Notes: generated by a model from the sequence alone, not told the origin. 63,441 nucleotides of DNA, filler included, from Reticulomyxa filosa (GCA_000512085.1; 16 parts of 16 records of this genome joined end to end with filler, not necessarily neighbours in it), one strand, 5' to 3'. Shown: positions 50,221-63,441, counted from the first letter of the whole stretch. Program-made: numbers and translations.

Positions 50221-52030
50221 ATGGCAGAAAATACAAATATAGAAATCCCTTTTGCGTCACAATTTAAACCAACACGCTCCATCCTAAAGACAAAACCCGT
50301 TGCAGTGTCTGTCAGTTTGGTAAAAAAAAGCTGACAACGCAAAAACAGAGAACATACCGATCAGCATTGTTTTTGTTTGTTTTATAGACAGGTAAAAAGA
50401 TTATGATTAATGAAATGTATTGGTGGGAACGTTTAGTAGACTTGTTCATTATTCTTGAGAGTTTTTTTTTTTGGGTAGAGGTGCCATCTTCCGCGTAATC
50501 ATTGTGAAAAAAAATGCATAACTGTAAAATGATTGATGAACCAGGGACAATGAGCCCGCATTGGTCAGTGACAGTACTCTCAATCGTGTACGTTTTGGAC
50601 AAGTCGAGGTATTGGAGTTTGAGCAAGAAGTTGGAATTGGGTCGCAAGGTGTTCCAGAAAAAGGTATTCCCTCAAGAAAAGTTGGCGAGATTTTTTTTTT
50701 TTGTCACCCTTCGCACTTTTATTTGAATGCAAGTTTAAAACGGGTTATAAATGTGTTGTACATAGGTGCGGCTAGCTTACATTTGGGAAAGTTGATAAAC
50801 TACAATTCACAAGTACCTGTTGAAGCGTTTGAAATTGAACGGAGATCAAAGTTCTTTCAACGTGCGGTCGAACTCAAAGGACCAAATGTTGAGGTGCAAG
50901 AAGATGAGCTATACACTCGAGGACGAAAAGATGAGTTTTTTCGGAGTTATACACATGAAGGTCGCATTCAAAAATATCAAAGCGTCAATCAGTTATTGTT
51001 TTATTGGAGAGAAGAGAAAAAGAAACTATTTTTTCAATTGTCAAAAGGAAACAAGGTTTGTTTTTGTTTGTTGGCAGAGGAGCAAAAATTTGTGCGGAGC
51101 AGTTAAAAAAGGAGACGCAAGAACTGGAGTTTATTCGTAATAGTCGCATGCGTGTTGGGTGTACGTGCAAGCCGATCAATCAGTTGTCCGCCTTAGAACT
51201 CAGAAAAGTGTTGGGTATTCAATCTCGTTTTACCTTTTTGTCTTAGCCTTTGCTTCCATCTGAGGGTATAAACAAATTTTTCGATGGAGACAAGAAAAGG
51301 GAGACGAGAAAACAAGTACTTTTTTTGTGTTGTTGTTGAAAAAAAAAAAACAACAGAAAAGTATGGCTTGAAAAGTGACGGAAATCGTAAACTGTTGCAG
51401 AATCGTGTTAGAGATGAATTGTTGCAAAATAACCCTCCTGCTGTGCGCTTTCGTGATTGCTTCACTTTATGTGAAAATGCTTTGCCGTCTGAATGGACGG
51501 CGAAACCACGACAACTTGCTACTATTAATGCTAACAAATCACTTCGACGTCGAAGAACGAACGCACATGTTTCTAAATTTTAGTTGAGTGGTATTTGTTA
51601 TTTTATCTTTATATATGCATGTAATGTCTCTTAAGAAGACCGGTCTGCTTGAATATGTTTGTGCATCCAAAGCTCGCTGGATCAATGTTGCTGGGACGAC
51701 TCATGTGAATGCGCACGAAGTGGTATTCGCTGTCAGGATAGAGGCTTTTGCGGCTGTTTTACGTATCGAAAACCTTGCACCAATCCTAATGGGCAATATA
51801 TTTGCAAAGCACCACATTACTCGAAACATATTATCGAAGAGTGGGCACAAGAGTACAGCAATGCATTCTCCTGCGAAAATGATCAAATTGACATTACTTC
51901 TGGAGACAATCCATTAGGAAAAGAAAAAGGGGAAAATGAAATGACCAAAACTTACACTAATATATTTCCAGAGACATTTCAACAAAAGGATTATTTAGTG
52001 ACAAATCTACAAACAAACGAAAATAAATAA
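50221..52030 (+). CDS. CSRNP/AXUD1-like protein with inserted SAP domain, multi-exon
   Basis: SILK, RVRFGQVEVLEF, QELEFIRNSRMRVGCTC, SAP-like LSALELRKVL|EKYGLKSDGNRKLLQNRV, and CECARSGIRCQ...CGC...CTNPNG. Confidence 0.72.
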
Positions 52031-52963
52031 AGATATCGTGCAATTTTAAACCATTTAAACATAAAACTTTTTGCTCGTCTTTGTTGACTCTACAAAAAAT
52101 TGCACAAATGTTTATGTTGCATGTTATGACTCCAATCTTGTGTTCATTAATTTTTTCTTAAACTTGGGACTTTTACTAAAGTTTTTGAAGTAAAGTCTGA
52201 ACAAGGGCACGAAAAATAAAAATTTACGTATAAATAAAAAATAAGCTTATTTAAAAATGAGTACTAGATTCTTTAAAGAGTTATTCCTTTAATGCAGTTT
52301 AATTTTTTTACAAAATCAAGTGAACCAATAGCAGATAGAACAACCAGATGAATCTTTTCTACTAGAACGGTAGAAAAGCTGTGATGTTGAAACAAACGTT
52401 TGGGTTCCTTGAACTAATTTTTTTGAAAATTTAATTGTGTGAACATACGTGCATCACTGCATCTTTTTCTCAGTGTTTAACTTTTGGCGTAGCTTTTCAC
52501 GCATGTGGTTATACTTGCTTCAAATTTTTGCTATTGTTAACTTTGTTTAATTGAACAGGCGCAACCAACTTTAATTAAAACAAATTGGTTCAAAAATATA
52601 ACTTTTTTAAGCTAGTAATTTTACTGTTTAGCCAAGCTTGGTGGTTATATATTGTCACAAGTGAAAAAGGTCTATCTTGTCCAAAATAAATGAATTTGAA
52701 AAATAATCAGTTTTTACAATACATTTTCACGTGAATATTTCTTTTTTTCTCAACAAAAAGATTATGATTGTTTGATCTTAGAATTTTTGCAAATTGTGAA
52801 TTCTGGATTTGAAAACTGAAACAATTGCCAAAAACATCAGGCAATTGTATAAATGTTATGATCAAAATACTTTAACACTGATGAAATTATATATAATGAT
52901 TTAATCATAACAAAGACAAGTGCTGTAAAAGATGTAATTGAAATTACTATCAATAAAACTTTC

Positions 52964-55904
52964 CTAGGATTTTATTGACATTGGTTTTTTTTCCACGATT
53001 ACGATGCAATTTGGCGCTGCTTGATCTTTGTTTTGAATGCACAGATTGGATAGATCCAAAGGACGAAGTGTAGTTTTTCCAAGTTTCAAATCCCTCGGTA
53101 ATTTTCGGGGCGGATTTTGGCCTATTTTTTTGGGTAAAAATACGACAAAAGAAAATTTATTAGAGTGTCTAGGTTTTTTTATTGCTTTAAACAAAACACT
53201 GCATTCAAATTTTTAAAAATCACAAAAGATATTGATTTGCCTGTCATTGATCGATCTGCTGTTCATTGTCGAAATTGATTTGTGTTTATCTGCAAGCATG
53301 TCATCAGATGAGTTTTTTTGCAGCTTCTCCAACCCGAAATTCTGTGTGATTGCGTCAGCATCGCCTGCATTGAGAGCGTGTGGTGAACGTTTGCGGGAAC
53401 TACTTACACTGGACTCAATTGGAATTGAGGCAATATTGTGGATGCTCAATGAATGCAATTTTACCACAGACTCTTTTTGATCTTTTGTCTTGTTTTTTTT
53501 GGAATCCAACAGTTCATTTTTTAAAATCGGGCTTGTAGAAACAGGTCCTAAGGTAGAACAGTAAACATTAGGCTAGTGAAGTGATGAAAATTTTCATTTT
53601 TTTCTTCCCTCGCGAAAGCGTACTGTTTCACGCGCATTGCGCTTTCAAGGAAGAAAATAACAACAATAAAAGTACATACTTTGTTTGGTCAAGTTGCCCA
53701 CTGATGCAATTTCGTATCCAACGTTTATATCAGTTTGACTAAAACCGTAATTTTTTTCAATTGCAGCACTTCCTTTTTCTGCTCTGTGAAACTGAGCTCC
53801 TTTGTTACCAATGAGGTTGGAATTTGTTGTGCTTAAGTCACGAGCTTTGCGTGGCATTTGAAAACCTGACCACGAATTGCTAAGATTACCACTGAAAGAA
53901 CTGGGTGACACGGAAGACGTGGAACCAATGTCGGTAAGCGCTCGATTTGGGAGCTGCACCTAGCGTTGCACATTTTCAACTTAGGCCATGGATGCTTTTT
54001 AAAGAAAAAGAGAGAGATAGTAATAATAAAACAAACATCAGGAAAAAGTTTTTCTTCGGAGACCATGGGAGGCTCATATTTATTTTCGTCGCGAATTAAC
54101 GCTTCTTTTTGATATCTGTTTTTAGATGTCGCATTGTTTTTCAAAGTCAAATTTGCCAACAACGTACCCGCTTTATCAATGGATTGACTCCCTAAGAAAA
54201 GTGTTGCAATAGTGAGACACACGTATACACGCAATTTTTTCTTGGGCTTCAATGTATTCATGATGCAAGAAAAAAAAATGAGAAAAAGTAACCATCGCTC
54301 GCTGTAGCCAACAAACTTAATGGCCTAGTGGTTTTTGCGAGATAAAATGAATCTGCATGGGCAGTGTTATGATGGAATGATTCCGAACATGTTGATACCT
54401 GCGAGGTAATTGGCAGTCGGAGTAAATTCTTTATATCGTCGACACTTGTTGCTTTACTGTTATTGTTTTTGCTGCTGTCATCACCACTGTGCACTCTTTC
54501 TATGCTTAGGCCCAGATGTAGACAAGGGCTTGGATCTGTTTTACCACCGTTTTTTAAAATTGATTTTTTTGGCCGCAAGGTTTGGTCAATGGGCGCTAAG
54601 TTTTTTTGAGCTTGATTCGGAATTTTTGTTTCATTTCCAAAAGTGTACCCGCCTTTGCTTCGAGAAAGAGGTGAGCCCTCGACATTCTTTACAAAATGAG
54701 TTCCGAAGCCATGGGGCTGCTTCAAACGACTAGGAGCTGTAATTTGGCACGAATAAACACAAAGAATCAATTGGAAAATGTTGCTACTTCAACAGTGCTT
54801 TCCCTTTTTTTTAAGAAAGCGTTTATTTCATAACTTGTAACCACAGTAGGGCTGGCGGGCTCAGTAAATGGAAACTCTTCTACCAGGCGAGTGTTCCAAG
54901 ACACTGCTCTTCGAGGATTATTGGCAATACATTTTGTTGCTAATTCCTCGTCTGAAACAATTATATGACCATTCAAGAACTATTTGCATAACACAAACAC
55001 ACCAATTCAGCAAAAATCTAAAATCGCAATTTTTTGTTGTCCTAACTGTATTTCGAATAACCAACTCGTATTCATTGGTCACTTTCGTGCACCAGCGCAA
55101 CTCAATTGTTGATTCTTTTTCTGTTTCCGCTCTTTAATGAAACGCACAAGAAAAAAAAAAGAAAAGCACATATCGACAAATTGCCAGAGATGCCACTCAA
55201 CTCAGACACTTTGTTGCATTTTTCTAATTGTTTGATAAAATAAGGTTTTGGATTACATTCGGGTCGTTTGTAAGAAATGTATTCTAAAGACTTGACAACT
55301 GACCAATTAAATTTGAGCATCAGATATGCAGCTACTGCTAAGCAAGAACGAGCTGTATTGTAATATGTACATATATTCTTACAGCAAAAGAAAAATATAA
55401 AAGGGAGTACGTACAGTCTCCTTGCACTGAATGCACCAAAACACTGTGGCCACGGTTCAAGGCATTTTCAATGAATTTGTAAATTTGACGTACAGTTTTA
55501 CCCTATTTGTAGAAAAAACACATATCATTTTAAACTTGATTTGATTTTTTTCAAGCTCACCTAAAACTCTAGACTCTTTTTTTTGTTTTGTTTATAACCT
55601 GTGAGTCAAAAATAGTACACGTCTTCGAATCAAACCATCGAAAAGTCAAATAGCGAATGCCAAATCTTGCAAAAAGATTAGGAATCGAAGTGCCTGCACA
55701 ATTAACAATATATTTACATTTGACAGACATTAAAAAATCGAGATCGTGTGCGGCCTGCTGATTTCCAAGAAAAACGCCATCGATGATTTTATTAGCGTTT
55801 ATATGCAAATAGTAAAAGGGCAAATTGGGTGGGAGCAATTGTCCGTTATTTTCCAATTGAAATCGTGAAGAAATTTCATTTGAAGTAGGCATGGCTTCGG
55901 TCAT
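52964..55904 (-). CDS. Dual-specificity phosphatase-fold protein with catalytic Cys replaced by Ser, long disordered tail
   Basis: KIIDGVFLGNQQAA, YIVNCA, FIENAL...VLVHSVQGD|SRSCLAVAAYLM, KRP..NP..YFIKQL. The 3' end is uncertain. Confidence 0.88.
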
Positions 55905-56382
55905 TGCTGATTCAATACGGAGACGAAGGAGGAGAAACACGAAGAAAAAAATTATGTATAACAATTTTTTGCTTTTTATTCTTTTTATTTTTCACTCAAA
56001 TAATCTACTAATTGGAATAAGATTGTGAGTAGCGTGCCTTTTTTTTTTGTTTGGAAAAAAAAATCGTTGAATCGGCTTTTTTGTGAAAATAGGATGATGA
56101 GTCCAAGTGAACGTTGCAAAAAAAACAAAAAAAAAAAGAAACATAAAAAAAAAAATACTGAGAAACTTTTCAAATGAAAAAAAAAAGAAATGTTTTAAAA
56201 AAATGTTTACGGAAATATTATTTCTTTTTTAAGGCACAGTGCACTCTTATAAAAAATGATGTTTCGATGACTTGATGTGAAAATTAAGAAAGTACTACAA
56301 AAAGATGGAGGAACATGTGTTTGAAAAGGAAAGTATAGAAAGAAGCCAAGTTTTTTTGTTTTCAATACTTTTAATTTTACTG

Positions 56383-57667
56383 CTAAAAATTGGGTAATGG
56401 TTGGATGTTCCAAGATCGGTGACGAAGGGGTGTGGATCGGAACCAAGACCGACACAATCGATCAATTCTTAGCCGATCGTGTAAATCCAAATGATTTTTC
56501 CAATCTCCAATCTCCCCTTTACGAAAAAGATATTTCCATTGATCGAAGTCTTCTTGCAACGCAGAAGACTTCATGGCCTCCAATTGGCATGCACGTTCAA
56601 TTTCCTCCAAGTCTTTGGAGTCTAAGATTTCCAAAACGCCTAAAAAAGTGGCAATCCGAATGATTTGCTGTTTCAAATTATGTTGAAGGTCTTCATAATA
56701 TATCCACAATACATTATCCATTGCAAATTGTTTCGAATACATGCCCTGTTTACAAGATTTGGATCGGATAGAGATCCGAGAATCACTAGTCATGATCTCT
56801 CCACCGTCATTATCATTACCTTTATCATTACTGCCATCATCATTACCATCCATCATCTCAGTCTTCCCCGCAGTCATCGTCATATTTGTGTTCGATGGAG
56901 ATGAGAATGCACAGTTGTATTGTTCATAATAACCACGATACCATCGGAAGTAATTTCCCCAAGGAACATTTCCTTCTGCAAACCACTCCACATATTGGTG
57001 CAAGGAGGACTTCAAGTGAATAGGAGTCTTTGACCAAAAGTAATATCCACTGACCAATGTGTCTTTTGGCTCGCGGATTGCAATTATCAGCTTGCTTTCT
57101 CTGTGAATTTTGTGGCATGGAAATAAATACCAAGGACTATGGGTTTTTATCAAACGTAATGTGTTCTTTGTCGCTTGTAAAAAACTTGTCCCATTTTTCT
57201 GGATTTTCCGAAGACAAACGTCGTGTGCTCCATTCATATCGATCCAATAATGGATCTTTTTTTTTTTTTTTTTTTTGGTAAAAAAAAAAAAAGGTTATTT
57301 TTATTGTGCAAAACAAATAAAGTAATATTAAGTTCCCATTACCTTCGTAAAAGGAATTTGGAACTGCTTGGTTCTTTTCAACAAAGTGCATAATTTGCAC
57401 ACAAATTTTAATGCACCAGGTTGTTCCACATTTTGGATAACTTGCAATAAATACATCATTGGCCGCACTGTTATAACTTTGTCGTAAATAGTCAAACACT
57501 TGCTTTTTGAAAAATGGCAAAAACATAACATTGTCGATTATCGCTACGTGCATTGAATGCTTCCCATCTGCTGAAGTTACAACGCGATCCTCACTTTCTG
57601 CTGTCTCTTCTTTTATTTCATCATTCGATTTTGTTACAATTGTAGAGGTTCCACGTTGCATACACAA
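56383..57667 (-). CDS. Cytosolic-type PAPS-dependent sulfotransferase
   Basis: DVFIASYPKCGTTW (5'-PSB), IKTH, REPKDTLVS (3'-PB), YEDL and FRKGEIGDWKNH. One intron and a probable homopolymer frameshift at 57179-57184. Confidence 0.93.
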
Positions 57668-58189
57668 ATTTGGAGTTCAAGTAATTGTCCTCCAGAAGGT
57701 CAATTGTTATTTCAACCTTAAATCTTACGAATTAGAAAGGAGCCTCGCATAAGTTCATTTATTGAACTTTAGTGTAAAGAGAAACTGAACTAGGATTTCT
57801 TTAGCGACTGTACCAAACACAGCCAATGATTACAAGAATAAAATAATTTACTTGGAATTCTATTATTGACACCAGAACAAGCAAACTTCTTTCATCAGAT
57901 AAAATACTTGTCAAGAAGCTAATCACATTGCTGTGAACAAAACTTGTTTGTTGTAATTGAAAGATTGAATATTTTGACACTTTTTAAAAACAAATTTCAA
58001 AAAGAACTATACAAAGAGTATATTTTGTTTGTTGTTTTTTTCCCTCAATTGCTCAACAACAAGCCAACAAATCAATGAAGGAAATGAATGAGAAAACAAA
58101 TTCAAGATAAAGACACCTTCGTTCGTAATATTGTCTTTATTTTATTTTGTAAGTATATTGTATGGAATAGTTGCTTGTTAAAACGAGTG

Positions 58190-58498
58190 TCAATATTGAG
58201 ACTCATCAAAGGGTAAAAAGTCTAGAGGGGGTTGTTGATAGGTATTAAGCGGACTACTTCCTACGGCCGAGGATTCAGTACGAAGATCCCTGCTGTCGGT
58301 GTCATTAACAGTTAACGTGAGTATTTCAGGGGCATCATCTCCAGCGTAATGTCGATAACAAGAATAATGATAGACAACATTTAAATGTTGATCTAAAACA
58401 AAGAGAGTAGTATCATTGAAGGCTTTACCACAAGGACATCGAGTATCGAAATCGATGATAGAATAATTGGATTTGATTTTGGTAAGTTGAAGAGTAGT
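58190..58498 (-). CDS. Terminal exon of a Vps39/Vam6/TGFBRAP1-like protein (C-terminal zinc-finger-like domain)
   Basis: LQLTKIKSNYSIIDFDTRCPCGKAFNDTTLFV...VVYHYSCY...* follows an AAAAAG acceptor. Absent from the ORF track. Confidence 0.6.
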   Translation of the reverse strand, partial: TTLQLTKIKSNYSIIDFDTRCPCGKAFNDTTLFVLDQHLNVVYHYSCYRHYAGDDAPEILTLTVNDTDSRDLRTESSAVGSSPLNTYQQPPLDFLPFDESQY

Positions 58499-58728
58499 CT
58501 TTTTTTATATTTTATTTTATTTTATTTAAAAAAAAAAAAAAGCAATAGAAATATATTATAAAAATATATACATATATACATATATACANNNNNNNNNNNN
58601 NNNNNNNNNNNNNNNNNNNNNNNNNNNNNNNNTTAATTAATTAANNNNNNNNNNNNNNNNNNNNNNNNNNNNNNNNNNNNNNNNNNNNAAAAAAAGTTTA
58701 AAAAATTGATATATTTATATATTTTATG

Positions 58729-59344
58729 TTATATGCACATTACTCGTATATTTCGCCAGTATTTGACAGAATAAATGCCAATGCAATCTTTCAGATTTGA
58801 CTTTTCAGCAACGGCCAGCCATTGTTCGTTATGGCTGAAATAAATGGCTTTGCGATCAAATTTTGGATATTTGATCGATTGAGCATCGTGGTGCATCAAG
58901 TCCCAAATGGTAATGCGCAACTGAAACTCAGTCACTGTGATTAAAAACATGTTCGATGGACTGAAGAAACAATTGGTGATATCTAATGCCCCCTCGCTTA
59001 TGGTTAGTTTGTGTTCCGGGTCTTTCACCCCCCCATACGTTCACTGTCCCACTTTTCGCTAATAAACAACAAATATATTGGTCGTCATATGAAAAGTCGA
59101 TTTTTTCTACCACGTCTTCGTTATTGTATACACAAAGCACTTGTAGTGTTTCTCCATTTCGTATCATCAGTTCTGTCCTTTCGGTCTGTTCCGGTCAAGA
59201 TTCGAGCAACAAACCAACAAAAACTTACACGTACTTTTCTTTTTGTTTTTTTGTAGTAGAGTTTACCGTTGCCAAGAATTTCCCATTATTTGACCGTTTC
59301 AAACAACCTTTCACAGCATGAAGTTCGCTAAAATGAACGGACAT
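58729..59344 (-). CDS. WRAP73: WRAP73/WDR8 centrosomal WD40 protein, 5' exons
   Basis: MSVHFSE...GKFLAT|...IRNGETLQV...NVW.VKDPE...ISEG...TVTEFQLRITIWDL...IKYPK...LAVAE...KDCIGI. An extra base in the C7 run at 59028-59034 splits the frame. Confidence 0.85.
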
Positions 59345-61242
59345 GTTGAAAGAGAATTATGTGTTTTTCCTTTTTAAATTTGAGCAATTACTTGAGGAAA
59401 TGAAAACTTTGTTTGAAGTGAACGTTGCAGATATCTGACAGAAATTACATTGTGCAAACGAATTAAAGAAAAATATCAATCAAATAATTTGATAAATTAA
59501 ATTTGAAATCAAACACACGAGCGTCAAACAAAACCGAACACAGTTCTAACAAAACTAACAAACTGAACTCTTTCAGTTGATTATGAAAAAACTAAAAATA
59601 AATTTGGCCAGCTTGTTCATCACAACCATAAAGTGCTTTGTTGAATGGAACCAATGTTTGATTTTGCAACAAGAGCTTGTGTCATTGCCATTCAATCACA
59701 CACTTCTTCGTTTTTTACTTCAATTGTTTGTCTCTTCGTACGGACGGAGGCAAGATGGTCGACATTGCTTCAATACAAAATAATGTATCGCGCTCGTGTT
59801 TACGATGGCAATGCTGTTCATATGTTTTGCAAAATAAAGTGGTCCTTGGAAATACATGTCGTCATTCATTTGCTATTAATGCAAAGATGAGACTTGTATC
59901 ACACGAATTGTGAGAATGATGGTATACTTTTCTTGACTAGGATGCAGTCTTGAAAAAATTCACAATTTGTATGTAATTGAGTTGAGATTGCAATCACGAC
60001 ATTGTAGATGGACCAATTTGTTTCCCGACCCATGCTCTTTCCATTGACAATACTAAAAAAAGTTGGCGCGCAAATGATATCCAGAAAATAATATAGTGAT
60101 CCCTCCATGAAAAAACATGGACAGCAGCGAGTAGTTTTTGTAATGCGTCCGTTTTCACCAAGACAGCAATATTTGCTTCAACATTTCTGTATATCTTCTT
60201 TTTCTTTCTCATGTACAGTTCCACCATATGCGCCGCCTGTCGACTTTAGTGTATTCTAATTGTTCCAGTCACTAATCAAATTGTAGTGATATTTTCCACA
60301 TAGTCAGCACCAAAGTCATATTAATTTTATCTTGGACATGTTTCGTTGTATCTTTGTTTTGTGTGACTTCCGATATCGACACCACAATAATTATTAATAT
60401 ACGTAAAAGNNNNNNNNNNNNNNNNNNNNNNNNNNNNNNNNNNNNNNNNNNNNTTAATTAATTAANNNNNNNNNNNNNNNNNNNNNNNNNNNNNNNNNNN
60501 NNNNNNNNNTTGAGAATTTGGTTGCGGTGCCAGTAAGCAAAGATAAAGGAAAGCTCAAATAACACCAAGTTGGTGCATATTCAATTGCAAGTATTTAACA
60601 CTTGTTTCAAATTTTTGGGTTAAAAATTTATCTTTTGTATGAATTGTAGTTTTTTTGATTTTTTTTAATGATAATTTTAATGTCCTCCCTCCTAGCTCAC
60701 ATGATATCTTAATCAAATTATATTCATTGTAAAAAAATTTCTAAACGTTAGTATTTTAAATCTAGTAGAAAATATACAGATAGATTCGATTTGTTTTTAC
60801 TTGTGTCTTTGAATAAACTAATAATTGGAATTAATTGCAAGTGATAATATGCAATGGACTGATTTTGCTTTCTTCTATTGTTTAGAGTTGGTGTCAAGAA
60901 AAAATAAACGATAAGTGCTCCAAAAGAGCCACATAAGACTGTGCGAAATTAGGAATTGATTCTTGTAACAATGACTTTTGAATTATAGTAACAATCAGTT
61001 ATTAAATTAAGTTTCATAATACACAATCATGAAATTGATACTTTCTGACTTATTCACAATATAACAGTTTGAACACACAAAATTTAAATGTATTGAAACT
61101 TTATTAAAAATTTAGTCTAGTATAATATTTGTAGGTAAAAAATTAGGTTGAATAATTTAAAATAGAAGAAATATATTCGATAAACGATATAGTCAATTAT
61201 ATGTTAAATATTGTATGTATAAATAAAATAAGCATTAAATAA

Positions 61243-61536
61243 TTATAATGAAATTTTAATATCTATAATATTTCTCGTATGTTTTCTTAATTGTTTTTCG
61301 TATTCTCTCTTTACTTGTTCGTCATTGTCCAGTTTTTCTTTTAATTCCTTCATTTGTTTTTGATAACTTTCATTCATTTCTTTTGCTTCTTGTTTCAATT
61401 TTTCCAAATTCTGCTGTTCTTCTTCTGTCTTCTCTTCCACTGCCTCCTTGTTGGATGTCAACTGCGGAGATGTCGGTAACGAATTGGGGATGCCAGCATA
61501 TTCAGTAGAAAAAAATGCGACTCAATTATACATCAA
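61243..61536 (-). CDS. Coiled-coil coding fragment
   Basis: E/K/Q-rich heptads at a contig end. No domain recognised. Confidence 0.35.
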
Positions 61537-63441
61537 NNNNNNNNNNNNNNNNNNNNNNNNNNNNNNNNNNNNNNNNNNNNTTAATTAATTAANNNNNNNN
61601 NNNNNNNNNNNNNNNNNNNNNNNNNNNNNNNNNNNNTTTTTTTTATTTGTTGGTGAAATTTGGTGAAGTTTATTGATGTTGCATAGTTGAATTTGATGAT
61701 GTGTTTGCATTGTCTATTTGTCTAAGGAGTAATTTCAACGTTGATTGCATATTTGTTAAGTTTTTTTTGTAATATGGTTTTTTTTTAAATATTTCAAGTA
61801 AGAATAGCGTTTTATTATTGACAAGGTATTTTTTTATTTATTCCGTAATTGTGCAAAGTGTCAATTTGCGTTTGGTGTTATTTTTGAACGTACTCGATTA
61901 TGTGTTAATTGTGTTCTCGTTAGCAAATTGGTTGAAGTTGCGACAGCAATGTAGTATCCTTTTAACAAAACCATTCAACGGACATATTTTTCAGATTTAG
62001 TCTTATTTAATGATCTAGCAGCAGAAGTCAGCATTTCTTTCATTGTCAAGCACAGACTTATTGAAGTGGAAAATGTTAGACAATGCATTAAAAAGCTTAA
62101 ACTACGTTGGCATGTAGAGTGGATCTTTTTTCAGTTCAACATTTGATTGATATTTTGTCCTTCAATTGAATCAGGAGCATTTACTAATTGTCTAAGGTAA
62201 TTGAATAAAATATGCTATCTTAATTGCATATGAGGAAGTCTCATTATAATTATTAAGTTTGATACCAGGCTAATAGAAATTGATTTATTTTTCAGAAATC
62301 GGCTGAGACGATAATTATAACGGATCACATGAACAAAATACGTGTAGTAGGAACAATCCATTATGAATTGACATCAAAGAAAGCATAAAGATCTTCACAT
62401 ACGGCCTCAAAGTAATGTTATTTTATTAAGAGACTGCGTCCATCAAGATTGATTTCCAAAATACCTTCAACATATGCAAGAGAATTATGTTATTTTAACT
62501 AAATCGAGGAAAAGTACCAACTCCCCCTTGGGAGGTATACTAACAATTGTGCTAGCAGACACATTAAAATCGTCACTGACTGCCATGTTGACGGTATAGC
62601 ACTATACATATCACAACATTACATTGTATACTCACTTCTCTTTCATTCGTATTAACAGACTAAACAATTTAAAAATCTTTTATAGATTTAACACCCTCAC
62701 AAACAATGGTACTATTATTAAAAAATTAACTGCAGTTATCAAAGTAAATTACTTGTTAAGCCATTTTGATAGCACAAATTCAATAATTAAAATGCCAGCT
62801 ATATACTACAAAAACACAAAAGATTATTGATAAATTCCAAAAGCTTACATTAAATCCAACAATTAAATTTAACGAGCTGCCCACACATACGACATAAATT
62901 CGTCAAATTACAAATAACAACTTGATTTTTCAATTTTTTTTCAAAAAGTTTAATCGATCGTTATTGTTTATGCTTCAATCTTTATGCACCATCAGGTACA
63001 TCAAATATTACTTACATTTCAGGAGAAAGATTAAGTTTGTCGAGATAACTTAAACAAAACGCGAAACAAGAGTTAACTCTTGTGCTGGCGAAATTATCTG
63101 ATTTTTTTCTGATTTCATCAATTTTTCTTGCCATTGATGATTTTTAATTTATGATTTTCTTTGCTATTAGTTAATTTTTTTGGGTATTTTTTAAATGATT
63201 TGGCGTGTTTGATAAGATACAGTATATTATTAATTTGCTCTTTTCGTTTGTATTACTAAGTTTTATGTTTAGCAAGCGTAGTACCTAATGCAGTGTGTAA
63301 GTTTTACTTAGGGTTTATTTTATTTTTTAATTTTAAAAGCAAAAGGAATTGTACAGTAGGTTGCAAAGAAAACTGAACGCCTAAAACGATATCCTATGAT
63401 GATAATTGATTTTCTCCATGAAAAATCAACATTTAGACCTA

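Noticed and set aside
57179-57184. Programmed frameshifting in conserved genes (also 6339-6341, 59028-59034 and about 40635)
   Set aside because: All are single extra bases in homopolymer runs, including one in the bacterial contig. Sequencing error is the simplest explanation.
59190-59265. In-frame TGA suggesting stop-codon reassignment in WRAP73
   Set aside because: It lies within a GT-AG intron, and TAA, TAG and TGA all terminate genes elsewhere in the window.
59577-60409. Short overlapping ORFs upstream of WRAP73
   Set aside because: Fragmented frames with no domain evidence.
61637-63441. Possible decayed retroelement
   Set aside because: No RT, endonuclease, integrase or terminal-repeat motif could be read. 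A translated HMM search would be needed.

Overview
This window is not one locus. It is 16 unrelated draft contigs joined by 15 artificial 100-nt spacers (N44-TTAATTAATTAA-N44, which puts stops in all six frames), so adjacency across spacers means nothing. Fifteen contigs are from an AT-rich, intron-rich, microsatellite-rich protist. From recall, not a search, the WD40 and kelch family signatures match the foraminiferan Reticulomyxa filosa or a close relative. One contig (6239-7561) is GC-rich and bacterial (HDOD gene plus a long infA), probably from a co-sequenced betaproteobacterium. Manual splicing recovers a mitochondrial carrier, a SETD9-like protein, a TPR protein, a class C GPCR, a membrane class III cyclase, a MutS homologue, a RING-H2 ligase, TMEM184, a large multi-TM surface protein, a CSRNP-like protein with an inserted SAP domain, a Cys-to-Ser pseudophosphatase, a sulfotransferase, a Vps39-like exon and WRAP73. 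The best candidate for an under-described system is a receptor/adaptor repertoire. It comprises a NACHT-pentapeptide-WD40 NLR-like gene with near-identical 126-bp repeats that vary mainly at ligand-face positions, a TRAF7-like RING-zinc finger-WD40 gene, and decaying WD40/kelch paralogues. Also notable are a 170-nt multi-hairpin element and introns with A-rich rather than pyrimidine-rich acceptors. All domain calls are by eye and need HMM confirmation.
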